Assembly (NCBI GenBank): GCA_020635235.1
Contig: JACKAF010000001.1
Span: 92,743 to 156,742 of the forward strand
Length of the DNA: 64,000 nucleotides
Origin: Pseudobdellovibrionaceae bacterium
GTDB taxonomy: Bacteria > Bdellovibrionota > FAC87 > UBA2466 > JACKAF01
Reading direction: 5' to 3'
Under the pieces are notes generated by a model. It did not search any database. It saw nothing but the letters and a program-made list of their open reading frames with translations, and had not been told where the DNA came from. The position numbers and the translations under genes were made by a program. Shown here one piece after another: positions 40,959 through 49,678 of this stretch (within the stretch, counting starts at the first letter, position 1; every line of letters begins with the position of its first letter).

Positions 40959-41048
40959 ATGTGGACCGTTGGAATACGTAGACGCTTTTGGGTGGCTCTA
41001 GTCTTTGTCTGGGTCGCCGTTTCGTTCGTCGAGACCCTTCTCGCCTAG
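40959..41048 (+). CDS. 29-aa single-TM micropeptide MWTVGIRRRFWVALVFVWVAVSFVETLLA (not in ORF track)
   Basis: GAGG 7 nt before ATG, RRR followed by a hydrophobic helix, sigma54 promoter upstream. Confidence 0.55.
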   Translation: MWTVGIRRRFWVALVFVWVAVSFVETLLA

Positions 41049-41109
41049 ACCGCTGTTGACATGCGGCATCATCCCGATTTAACCGGTATCTACTGGTTTG
41101 GAGGGCAGG

Positions 41110-41757
41110 ATGCACGCACGTGCTCGGTACATAGTTTTCCCAGTTATTTTTGTCGCCTTAGTCCCCTATTCGGCATCCGCGGCGCAATCGCGCTGGGAGT
41201 GGGTGGTGACGTGCGGACGCTATATTGCGAGCGCGGCCCAATGGCTCCGCCGCGACCCCAATGGATCTTACGATCCCCAAACGATGGGGCTCGCGGACGG
41301 CCCCGTACCTGAATCTGGAAACCGCATCCTCAATTGGCTCGCGAGCGTTCGCCCCTATTTGAACCCGCAAGTTTCAGCGGCCATCACGCGCGGCCTGCAA
41401 ATCTTCCCTGAGGTCACCTCGGACAATCTGCCCTTGCTTGCGGAATCCGACACCGCCGATCGCAAAGATCTTTGGAGCAACCTGCTCTCCAAAGAAACGA
41501 GTGAAGCCGATTTCGAAGCTCTGTTGCCTCTGGCACAGCAACTTCTCACGCGCGACGAACGCATGACTCTAGCGCGCTATCTCTTTGCACGTGGGATTAG
41601 GGGAGCCATGGCATCGCCTCAGCAAACAGGCGATACCAGTCTCCAACGTAGCATCCTTCTTGTAAAAAATGACTCGGAAGTACGAGGCTCCGTATTGCGC
41701 GGGATGCGCCGCCAATTCCCGGCACTCGGTTCCCTTCCTGAATATGGGGAAGACTAG
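41110..41757 (+). CDS. Hypothetical secreted protein
   Basis: GGAGGG RBS before ATG 41110, signal peptide ...SASA. Confidence 0.65.
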   Translation: MHARARYIVFPVIFVALVPYSASAAQSRWEWVVTCGRYIASAAQWLRRDPNGSYDPQTMGLADGPVPESGNRILNWLASVRPYLNPQVSAAITRGLQIFPEVTSDNLPLLAESDTADRKDLWSNLLSKETSEADFEALLPLAQQLLTRDERMTLARYLFARGIRGAMASPQQTGDTSLQRSILLVKNDSEVRGSVLRGMRRQFPALGSLPEYGED

Positions 41758-41758
41758 C

Positions 41759-43696
41759 TTACTGGATAAGCTGAACGAGATCTGGGTTTTCTAAGGTGGT
41801 AGTATCACCCGAGGCCTGCTTGCCGGCAGCCAGATCTTTCAACAAACGACGCATGATCTTCCCGCTGCGAGTTTTGGGAAGCGTGCGCGTAAACTTGATT
41901 TCCTCTGGACGGGCCAAGGCACCAATTTCACTTACGACGTGTTGGCAAAGCTCCTTCGTCAAACTTGCTAAATCTGACAGATCTGCGCTTTCCTTTGGAA
42001 TAACAAAAGCCGTAATCGCCTGCCCCTTGAGTTCATCCGGTCGCCCCACGACTGCGGCCTCCGCGACAGCTGGGTGACTCACGAGCGCGCTTTCGATCTC
42101 CATAGTTCCCAAACGATGGCCGGAAACGTTGATGACGTCATCCACCCTACCCTTGATCCAGAAGTAGCCGTTTTCGTCTTTATGGGCGCCATCGCCGGCA
42201 AAGTACAATCCGGGAAAACGGGCCCAATACTGTTCTTTGAAACGGTCGGGATTCTTGTGAATGGTTCGCACCATCGACGGCCAGGGGTGCCGGATCACAA
42301 GGTATCCCCCTTCATTAGGAGCACAACTCTTACCGTTCTCATCAACAATGTCGGCGACAATTCCCGGGAACGGCCGAGTCGCCGATCCAGGTTTTGTGGC
42401 GGTCACTCCGGGAAGCGGCGAGATCATGATCGCACCTGTTTCAGTCTGCCACCACGTATCGACAATGGGGCACTTTTCGTGCCCGATCTCCTTGTGGTAC
42501 CAAATCCAGGCTTCCGGGTTGATAGGTTCGCCAACCGTACCCAGCAGGCGCAAGCTATCGAGTTTATATTTTCGCGGGATAGTTTCTCCGGCGCGCATAA
42601 ACGCCCGAATAGCCGTAGGTGCCGTGTAAAGAATCGTCACCTTGTGCTTGTCTATGATTTCCCAAAATCGACCCCAGTCCGGATAGTTGGGCGCCCCCTC
42701 GTACATCAATGCCGTCGCGCCGTTAGATAGTATTCCGTACACGACGTAGCTATGACCGGTAACCCAGCCAATATCGGCAGTGCACCAATAAATGTCGTCT
42801 TCCTTGAGATCGAAAACCCATTTTGCAGTCTGCGTGGCTCCTACCATGTAGCCGCCTGTCGAGTGCACAATCCCTTTGGGCTTTCCCGTTGTTCCACTAG
42901 TGTAGAGAAAATAAAGAGGGTGCTCGGCATCGAGCTTCAAGGCTTCATGTTTTTTGTCTTGTCGGTCGACTAGAGCCTGCCACTCAATACCTTTAGATCC
43001 CAGACTGGAGTTCTTATCGTTCCTAAAAACGACCACGTGCTGGACGCAGTCCACTCCTTTAAGGCCTTCTTCCACGATAGGTTGCAATTCAAGTTTCTTC
43101 CCTCGACGTCTTCCGTAGTCAGCGGTAAAGACGGCCTTGCAGTCGGCGTCCAGAACGCGATCCCGGATCGCGCTGCTGCTAAAGCCCGCAAAAATCACGC
43201 TATGTGTAACACCGACTCTTGCGCAAGCAAGCATTGTTACGACGGCCTCGGGAATCATCGGCATGTAAATCGCCACCGTATCACCCGGCTTGAGACCTAA
43301 GTCGTTTTGCATTCCGTTCGCTAGCTGAGAGACCCTATCTAGTAACTGACCATATGTAAGGGTGCGAACATCACCTTCTTCACCTTCCCAAAGAATCGCG
43401 GTTTTGTCTTTGCGTCCACCTGCTACGTGGCGATCCAAGCAGTTAAAGGAGGCATTGGTTTTCCCTCCCACAAACCACTTGGCAAAAGGTTCATCCCAGG
43501 AAAGCGTTTCGGTCCATGTTTCAAACCAATGGATGTTCTTTGCGGCTTGCTCCCAAAAACGCACGGGCTGCTCTTGGGAATCTTTCCAAAGTCGATCATA
43601 GTTGGCGGTAGTCAAATTGGCGTGTTGCGCAAAACTTGCCGGTGGCTCAAATGAGCGGGTTTCCTTGAGTACCGTATCGATGCTTTTGGATTCCAT
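41759..43696 (-). CDS. acs: Acetyl-CoA synthetase
   Basis: YTSGTTGKPKG, ADIGWVTGHSY, VGEPINP, DTWWQTETG, PKTRSGKIMRR. Confidence 0.97.
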   Translation of the reverse strand: MESKSIDTVLKETRSFEPPASFAQHANLTTANYDRLWKDSQEQPVRFWEQAAKNIHWFETWTETLSWDEPFAKWFVGGKTNASFNCLDRHVAGGRKDKTAILWEGEEGDVRTLTYGQLLDRVSQLANGMQNDLGLKPGDTVAIYMPMIPEAVVTMLACARVGVTHSVIFAGFSSSAIRDRVLDADCKAVFTADYGRRRGKKLELQPIVEEGLKGVDCVQHVVVFRNDKNSSLGSKGIEWQALVDRQDKKHEALKLDAEHPLYFLYTSGTTGKPKGIVHSTGGYMVGATQTAKWVFDLKEDDIYWCTADIGWVTGHSYVVYGILSNGATALMYEGAPNYPDWGRFWEIIDKHKVTILYTAPTAIRAFMRAGETIPRKYKLDSLRLLGTVGEPINPEAWIWYHKEIGHEKCPIVDTWWQTETGAIMISPLPGVTATKPGSATRPFPGIVADIVDENGKSCAPNEGGYLVIRHPWPSMVRTIHKNPDRFKEQYWARFPGLYFAGDGAHKDENGYFWIKGRVDDVINVSGHRLGTMEIESALVSHPAVAEAAVVGRPDELKGQAITAFVIPKESADLSDLASLTKELCQHVVSEIGALARPEEIKFTRTLPKTRSGKIMRRLLKDLAAGKQASGDTTTLENPDLVQLIQ

Positions 43697-43814
43697 GACC
43701 TACCGCCTCCTGCCTTGAATAATGCGCTCGGACCAAATATCATTGGATCTAACGCACTTTCATAAAAACCAGTTGTTCAACAGAACCCCATTTTAAGCAA
43801 CCTGTAAAGACGGC

Positions 43815-44921
43815 ATGGAACCCATCCTCATAGTAGATGACGAAAAGGACAACCTTGAAGCGCTCCGGCGATTGCTGCGCAATGACTACGATGTCACCCT
43901 GGAGACATCCCCTTTTGAAGCACTCAAGCGCGTACAACAGCAGGAATTTTCCGTGATCGTGAGTGATCAGAGGATGCCGGAAATGACGGGCGTTGAACTA
44001 CTCGAAAAAGTGAAACAGATTTCTCCGGCAACTACCCGCATTCTTCTCACCGGGTACAGCGACATGGATGCCGTAGTCGGCGCCATCAACCGCGGCCAGA
44101 TTTACCAATATGTCGGCAAGCCCTGGGATCCGGACGACTTCAAGATTACTCTCCGCCAAGCGGCGGAGTCCTATCAGCTAAAACGAGAGGTCGAACAAAA
44201 AAACCGTGCTTTAAGCAAGAGCAATGAGGAACTCAAAGCGGCTCTTGAGAGTTTGCGTGTGCTCGACCGCGCGAAAGCTCGCTTTCTTTCACTTGTAAGC
44301 CACGAACTCAACACACCACTCACCGTTTTGACATCTTTTGTTCAGCTGCTAAAAGACAACAAAAGTTCATTCCCAAAGGACATTCAAAAAGCTGTGAGTT
44401 CTTTGGATAGTGCAACTGGAAGATTTTCTCAGATTATTGAGGAGGTCCTTCTCTACACGAAGTTGGAATCAGAACGCTCCTTAAGTACGGAGGCCTTTGA
44501 TCTCGACGAGGAAACACGCGCCCTTGCCAAAGAATTGGCTAAAGAGTTTAACGCAAAAAAGCTCAGTGTGGCACTCAAAGCTCCTAGCCCCGCGATCATT
44601 CATTGCGACAGAGAGAAAATGCGGCAGGCCTTAGAGCGCCTCTTCCTCAACACGATTGCTTTCGCTCCCGAGGGAGACAAAGTCCGCATTCACATTGAAG
44701 ACAAGGGCAAATTTTACAGTTTTTCGATCTCTCGAGGCGGACCGCCTCTTTCTGAGGAGGCCTTTGTATCACTTACCTCGGGATCCCAGAACAATCTCCA
44801 TCACCACAAAGACCTAGGACTCTCGCTCGCTATTTGCCGTTTTATAGTTGAGATTCATGGTGGGACGACTGAACTCTCTGATAGCGGAACGACGATAATC
44901 TTGAAGCTCAGTAAGACGTAG
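43815..44921 (+). CDS. Hybrid receiver-HisKA-HATPase protein with degenerate ATP-binding domain
   Basis: LIVDDE, SDQRMP, LLTG, KPW receiver; SHELNTPL H-box; G1/G2 boxes altered. Confidence 0.8.
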   Translation: MEPILIVDDEKDNLEALRRLLRNDYDVTLETSPFEALKRVQQQEFSVIVSDQRMPEMTGVELLEKVKQISPATTRILLTGYSDMDAVVGAINRGQIYQYVGKPWDPDDFKITLRQAAESYQLKREVEQKNRALSKSNEELKAALESLRVLDRAKARFLSLVSHELNTPLTVLTSFVQLLKDNKSSFPKDIQKAVSSLDSATGRFSQIIEEVLLYTKLESERSLSTEAFDLDEETRALAKELAKEFNAKKLSVALKAPSPAIIHCDREKMRQALERLFLNTIAFAPEGDKVRIHIEDKGKFYSFSISRGGPPLSEEAFVSLTSGSQNNLHHHKDLGLSLAICRFIVEIHGGTTELSDSGTTIILKLSKT

Positions 44922-46068
44922 TAGTCTGCAGAGCCTGCTCGATAGCTTTAGCAAACTGACCGACGTTATATTCCCGCACGACGCGTTCCCGAGCATTTTC
45001 TCCTAAGCGTTCGGCTAGGGCGGGGCGTTCGATATAAGGAGAAATCAAGGCCGCCGCAATCTCCATGTTTCCCACCGGGTACACAAACCCGGTTTTACCA
45101 GGGATCACCAGATCGTTTGCAGCGCCGCAAGTATCCGTCACCAAAGCGGGCAGCCCACTCGCAAAGGCCTCGTTGATGACAAGGCCCCAAGTTTCAAACT
45201 CAGAGGGCACCACAAGCAGATCGCTCGCGTGGTACATGGCGCGGGTTTCGGCCTGGTCTCTAAAACCCGCAAAATGAATGCGCTCACCAGGTCCCCGAAG
45301 TTCCAACAGGTCTTTTTCTAAGGGGCCATTGCCGACGATGACGAGGTGAAGATTTTGATGTTGCTTCAGCCGGCGGTAGAGGGAAAACAAATCCCATGGC
45401 CGCTTACGTTCAAACAAACGGCCGACAAATAAGAGGACGAATGCATTTTGAGGAATCCCAAGCTCCGTTCGCTTTTCTACGCGCGCCCCAATGGATTTGT
45501 CAGGCGGTAGGCTAAAAAAAGTAGTATCAACACAATAGCGGGCCTCAGTGATTTGCGAGCGTGCGATGTTGAAGGACCGGTAAAAATCGTATGTCTTTTT
45601 GCCGATTGAAATAAACTGCCGTACACCGCTGAAAAATAATGGGTGCAGAACGCGCTTGAGGCGAACACGCCATCGGGAGGCACCATGGGAAAAAGTCTCT
45701 CCCACAAAGATCAGGGGTATCCCACGCACTCTGCAGAGTGCCCAAAGTATCCAGTGCTCCGGAAGGTACCAGCCGTAGATAAGCACCGCGGACGGGCGTT
45801 CTTTCCACAATAGGCCCATCACCTTCCGCGTGAAGCGGAAAAGCCCACGGCGTGACTCAAGCACCTCGTTTGCAAACCCCTCTTTTAGCTCCAAGTTCCA
45901 GTTTTGAGAGGGAATCTTGCCCACCTCGTTGAACCACCACTTGCGCCCGTCGAAGTTCTCACTAAAAAAGAAGACCTTTAGCCCCGGAACTTTGGCGGCC
46001 AAGGCCCGAAACACTGGCGAGCGGTACTGTATGGGGTGCGTATCAAAGATAAAAAGTTTAGAGACCAC
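44908..46068 (-). CDS. GT4-family glycosyltransferase
   Basis: LFVGRL..RK, PSEFETWGLVINEA.ASGLP; start GTG ~46068 uncertain. Confidence 0.85.
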   Translation of the reverse strand: MVSKLFIFDTHPIQYRSPVFRALAAKVPGLKVFFFSENFDGRKWWFNEVGKIPSQNWNLELKEGFANEVLESRRGLFRFTRKVMGLLWKERPSAVLIYGWYLPEHWILWALCRVRGIPLIFVGETFSHGASRWRVRLKRVLHPLFFSGVRQFISIGKKTYDFYRSFNIARSQITEARYCVDTTFFSLPPDKSIGARVEKRTELGIPQNAFVLLFVGRLFERKRPWDLFSLYRRLKQHQNLHLVIVGNGPLEKDLLELRGPGERIHFAGFRDQAETRAMYHASDLLVVPSEFETWGLVINEAFASGLPALVTDTCGAANDLVIPGKTGFVYPVGNMEIAAALISPYIERPALAERLGENARERVVREYNVGQFAKAIEQALQTTTSY

Positions 46069-46151
46069 GTGGAAAGTGTACCACGGACCCCTCCCTTTGA
46101 CCGAGACTTGAGCGTCGACAAGGACCCCCAAAGGGTTTAAAGTTTGCCCCT

Positions 46152-46442
46152 ATGAGCTACCCCATCACCACCGGCAACATCATTCTGATAATCCTGGGCG
46201 CGGGCCTTGTGGTGTCTGGTCCGTATATCATCTACCGCACGATTAAGGGTGTGCGGGACGCTCGGCTGCAGGACCCGAATGCGCCGACACACAAGTTTAG
46301 CAACGGCATTAATTTTCTTATCGCCATCGTGTTCTTTTTTGCCGGAATTTTGTTTATCCGCAACAACCTGGCGGGAAACCCGCTGGCCGGCGACCCAGGC
46401 AGCACGCCTCCGGCCGCAGAATCGTCCGATTCGGACGGCTAA
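46152..46442 (+). CDS. Small 2-TM membrane protein
   Basis: Two hydrophobic helices, 96 aa. Confidence 0.6.
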   Translation: MSYPITTGNIILIILGAGLVVSGPYIIYRTIKGVRDARLQDPNAPTHKFSNGINFLIAIVFFFAGILFIRNNLAGNPLAGDPGSTPPAAESSDSDG

Positions 46443-46458
46443 TCCAGGCCCCGTTTGG

Positions 46459-46487
46459 TTGCTTTTCTACTGCATTCGAAATAGGAT
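46459..46487 (+). promoter_or_regulatory. Stable-RNA-type sigma70 promoter TTGCTT-N17-TAGGAT
   Basis: Followed by GC-rich discriminator GGCTCCCC, tRNA begins at 46500. Confidence 0.6.
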
Positions 46488-46499
46488 GGCTCCCCATTA

Positions 46500-46591
46500 G
46501 GAGAGGTGGCCGAGTGGCTGAAGGCGGCGGTTTGCTAAACCGCTGTAGGGTTAACCCCCTACCGGTGGTTCGAATCCACTCCTCTCCGCCA
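46500..46591 (+). tRNA. tRNA-Ser (GCT), CCA encoded
   Basis: GGAGAGG/CCTCTCC acceptor, GCGGT-TTGCTAA-ACCGC anticodon arm, long variable arm, GTTCGAATC. Confidence 0.96.
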
Positions 46592-46715
46592 GAGTTCATG
46601 GTGATTCGTTCCCTCCGCTTTCGCTTCGGGGTCGAATCCACTCCTCTCCGCCAGAGTTCATGGTGATTCGTTCCCTCCGCTTTCGCTTCGGGGTCGAATC
46701 CACTCCTCTCCGCCA
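46570..46715 (+). repeat. 62-bp tandem repeat: three copies of the last 22 nt of tRNA-Ser(GCT) separated by two identical 40-nt spacers
   Basis: TCGAATCCACTCCTCTCCGCCA at 46570, 46632, 46694; spacer GAGTTCATGGTGATTCGTTCCCTCCGCTTTCGCTTCGGGG. Confidence 0.95.
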
Positions 46716-46806
46716 GTTAGTTCCTTCCCTTTTTCGAATAACTTTGACATGCCACATCAAATGGTTTTAGTCGGTGTTCGTTGTTTCAATAAGGGAGACT
46801 CTACAA

Positions 46807-47502
46807 ATGAAAAAACTACTGATTGTTCTTGTGGCAGCGCTTTGCCTGGCCACTTTCGCAGACGAACCTAAAACAGATTTGGAAGCCGTGCTGGCAAAAG
46901 TCGAAGGCAAGAGCGGCTATGTTGTCGACGTATATTCCTCAGAAAAACTACAATCCCCCAAATTTCAGCACTTCACTGGAACGTGGGAAGATTTCTTCGA
47001 AGGCGTCGAAATAGACGGCCGCTACCTTTACCGGGTAAAAGCGTATCACAGTGTCACACCCAACGTGCTTCTCTACGTGAAAGCGGGAGACAAGGTGGTT
47101 AAATTCGTGGTGCCGGAAGATCTTAGCGCCGAAAAAATCACGCTTCTCAATCGAGGCAAAGAAGTCGCACGCACTGAAACCCGCGAGGTCAAAGCAGGAG
47201 CCACAGGCGATGCCGGCCTGGACGCCATCAATCAGGCCCGAGCTGCGCGAGGTATTCCGCCCATCCAGTGGGATAGTGGTTTCGCCGCCGTTTCGCGGGA
47301 AAATAACCGATTGGGCGGTCGTCACAGGTACCCGGGAAATGGCTACCAAACCTGGTCCGGCTCTTCGAGCCCGCAAGGGGCGGTGAACATGTGGCTGAGC
47401 AACAAGTACTACAACTCGCATGGAGTCATTATCCTGAACCGCAACATCACCCGTGGGGGCACCTACTCTGACGGCTATGGAACCACGTTCTCCGGCCGCT
47501 AG
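46807..47502 (+). CDS. Secreted protein with C-terminal CAP/SCP-like domain
   Basis: Signal peptide, GGGAG RBS, INQARAARGIPPIQWD...AVNMWLS...H..IIL. Confidence 0.65.
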   Translation: MKKLLIVLVAALCLATFADEPKTDLEAVLAKVEGKSGYVVDVYSSEKLQSPKFQHFTGTWEDFFEGVEIDGRYLYRVKAYHSVTPNVLLYVKAGDKVVKFVVPEDLSAEKITLLNRGKEVARTETREVKAGATGDAGLDAINQARAARGIPPIQWDSGFAAVSRENNRLGGRHRYPGNGYQTWSGSSSPQGAVNMWLSNKYYNSHGVIILNRNITRGGTYSDGYGTTFSGR

Positions 47503-47511
47503 AAACTTGAT

Positions 47512-47544
47512 AGTAGGCCGGTACTACACCGGCCTACTTTTTTT
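47512..47544 (+). terminator. Intrinsic terminator
   Basis: AGTAGGCCGGT actac ACCGGCCTACT TTTTTT. Confidence 0.85.
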
Positions 47545-47597
47545 CTGATCAAAAGCACCGCAGGCCCGAAAATCAGTCCCATAGCAGTTTTCCGGGT

Positions 47598-48524
47598 TTG
47601 ACGAAACTGGCGATAAACGGTACACGACCTACCGTGACTAAGTGGATTAACGACGGCTACGAGCTGTTAAAACAAGAAATGGTGGAATGGTTTGAGGGCG
47701 TCGTAAAGGCGCTACCGAACCTGGTGGTCGCTGTCTTTCTTTCCGTCCTGTTCTGGTATGCGGCGGGACTTGCAAGCCGAATGCTGGAACGCGCCTTCCG
47801 CCGCTTTGTCGATAGCGAGACCTTGGTCTCGTTGCTCACCCGCACGGCCAGATTTGTTTTGCTCTGTGTTGGACTTTTCTTCGTCCTCGGCGTTCTCAAC
47901 CTCGAAAAAACCGTCGCCTCTCTTCTCGCTGGTGCGGGCGTCTTGGGCTTGGTCGTTGGTATAGCGTTTCAGGATTTCATGAGTAACTTCTTCGCGGGCA
48001 TCATGATCAGCTTCCGGCGCCCCTTTGTGGTGGGCGACATCATCGAATCCAATAGCCACATGGGCACCGTCAAAAACGTGAATTTGAGAAATACCGTAGT
48101 CCTTAACTTTGACGGGCAGCAGGTACTCATTCCCAACAAGATCGTGATTGAGAACCCCCTGCTCAACTACACCCGTTACAAACGACGCCGGGTGAATCTT
48201 GCGATCGGGGTTTCCTATGCCACGGATCTTGAGCAGGCTGCTAACATTGCCAAAGAGGCAGTGGGCGCCCTTCAGGGAGTCTTAAGTGATCCCAAACCCG
48301 AGGTCGACTATCAGGAGTTTGGCGACAGCTCGATCAATTTCGCCCTAAGATTTTGGATCGATTACCCCCAGACAAATTTTTTCCGAATTCAGAGCGACGC
48401 TGTAGTGGCCGTGAAAAAGGCCTTCGACAAGAATGATATTACGATCCCGTTTCCCATACGCACTTTGGATTTCGGGATTGAAGGCGGCAAAACACTGGCG
48501 GAGATGCTTAAGTTAAAAAACTAA
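47598..48524 (+). CDS. MscS-family mechanosensitive channel
   Basis: LLAGAGVLGLVVGIAFQD...N...GI.I...RPFVVGD, IPN, IGVSYATD; start uncertain. Confidence 0.9.
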   Translation: MTKLAINGTRPTVTKWINDGYELLKQEMVEWFEGVVKALPNLVVAVFLSVLFWYAAGLASRMLERAFRRFVDSETLVSLLTRTARFVLLCVGLFFVLGVLNLEKTVASLLAGAGVLGLVVGIAFQDFMSNFFAGIMISFRRPFVVGDIIESNSHMGTVKNVNLRNTVVLNFDGQQVLIPNKIVIENPLLNYTRYKRRRVNLAIGVSYATDLEQAANIAKEAVGALQGVLSDPKPEVDYQEFGDSSINFALRFWIDYPQTNFFRIQSDAVVAVKKAFDKNDITIPFPIRTLDFGIEGGKTLAEMLKLKN

Positions 48525-49606
48525 GTAAGTTTTTTGAGTAGCCATTCCGCCCCGTACTTGTAGCCCCTACTGCGCCAGGCCTTTGAGATAGGAATCCAGG
48601 CCAGGAGAAAAACGAAGCCCAACAGGAGAGCCTGGTAAGGTTCCATGCTCTTTTGAAAATACTTCGCCACGTCCTCTTCCAAGGCTCCAGCGATCCAAAG
48701 CGGCCAAAGAATAACAAAGTGGTGCACAAGGTAGAGCGTGAGTGAGGACCGGCTCATAGAATCAAAGTACTGCGGTAACACGCTTTGGCGCACATCAAAC
48801 ACTCGGTAGAAACAAAGATACACGACCAAGCAAAGTCCTATGGAGGCCAAGAGACGAAAGCTCGAAAGCGGGTAGAAAGAGCCACGAAGATTCCATCCCC
48901 ATGGGTTCCCAAAGGCCTGAAGAACCGGGCCAACGACGAGTGACAAGACTCCCAAGGCAAAAAGCCTCGTCGCCCAGACACGTCCGCGCGCCTCGTCCGT
49001 AAACAAACACCGCGCCACCAAGAAACCGCTCAGCGGGAAAAACAGCCACGGAAAAATCGGGAAGTAACCGGTCACAAAAAAACCGATAAGATCGTGCACC
49101 CCGTCCCAACGCGCGGCATATTCGAAAGTCTCATTTCCCCAGTAGGAAAAAAAATCCACATTTGCCCGCAGGAACGGGGATAGAACGACAACGATCAACA
49201 TCAAAAGTAAAATCACCGGGGACGGTAACCGCCTGACGAGCGCCAGGACAAAAATCGAAAAAGCTATCAATGTCAAAATATCCCAATCCAAAGCACCATC
49301 TAGGGACCAAGCCAGAATCGAAAACACTATTCCCATCGAAAAAAGTACGGCTGCACGCCGCACGTGGTGTCTAAGTCCGTGAGTGCGCCCGTCTCCCCAA
49401 TGTTTCTTGTCGCTGAAGAAGAAACTAAGCCCAACGGTGAAGGTGAAAAACTGGGCGCCAAAGCTCCCGTAAGGCCCACAAAGAGACACCACTATCCAGG
49501 AGTTGGGTTCTCGATCCGACGCGAGGTAGAGCACAAAATGACAAAGCAACATTTTGACGATCGCCAGTGTCCGAAAGGCATCGATGGAACGGACTCTTTT
49601 ATCCAT
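48521..49606 (-). CDS. DUF1624 / HGSNAT-like membrane acyltransferase
   Basis: RVRSIDAFR.LAIV.ML..H, G.FP.FPW, multiple TM helices. Confidence 0.7.
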   Translation of the reverse strand: MDKRVRSIDAFRTLAIVKMLLCHFVLYLASDREPNSWIVVSLCGPYGSFGAQFFTFTVGLSFFFSDKKHWGDGRTHGLRHHVRRAAVLFSMGIVFSILAWSLDGALDWDILTLIAFSIFVLALVRRLPSPVILLLMLIVVVLSPFLRANVDFFSYWGNETFEYAARWDGVHDLIGFFVTGYFPIFPWLFFPLSGFLVARCLFTDEARGRVWATRLFALGVLSLVVGPVLQAFGNPWGWNLRGSFYPLSSFRLLASIGLCLVVYLCFYRVFDVRQSVLPQYFDSMSRSSLTLYLVHHFVILWPLWIAGALEEDVAKYFQKSMEPYQALLLGFVFLLAWIPISKAWRSRGYKYGAEWLLKKLT

Positions 49607-49678
49607 CCTTAGAGTATACGCCAACTTTGAAGGGGCCTTGCGGGAGGTAAAAAGAAGGCATGATGCACCCGGCCGAAT

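Noticed and set aside
46570-46715. CRISPR-like appearance (22-nt repeats with 40-nt spacers)
   Set aside because: Spacers are identical, the repeat is the tRNA 3' end and no cas genes are present; it is a tandem repeat.
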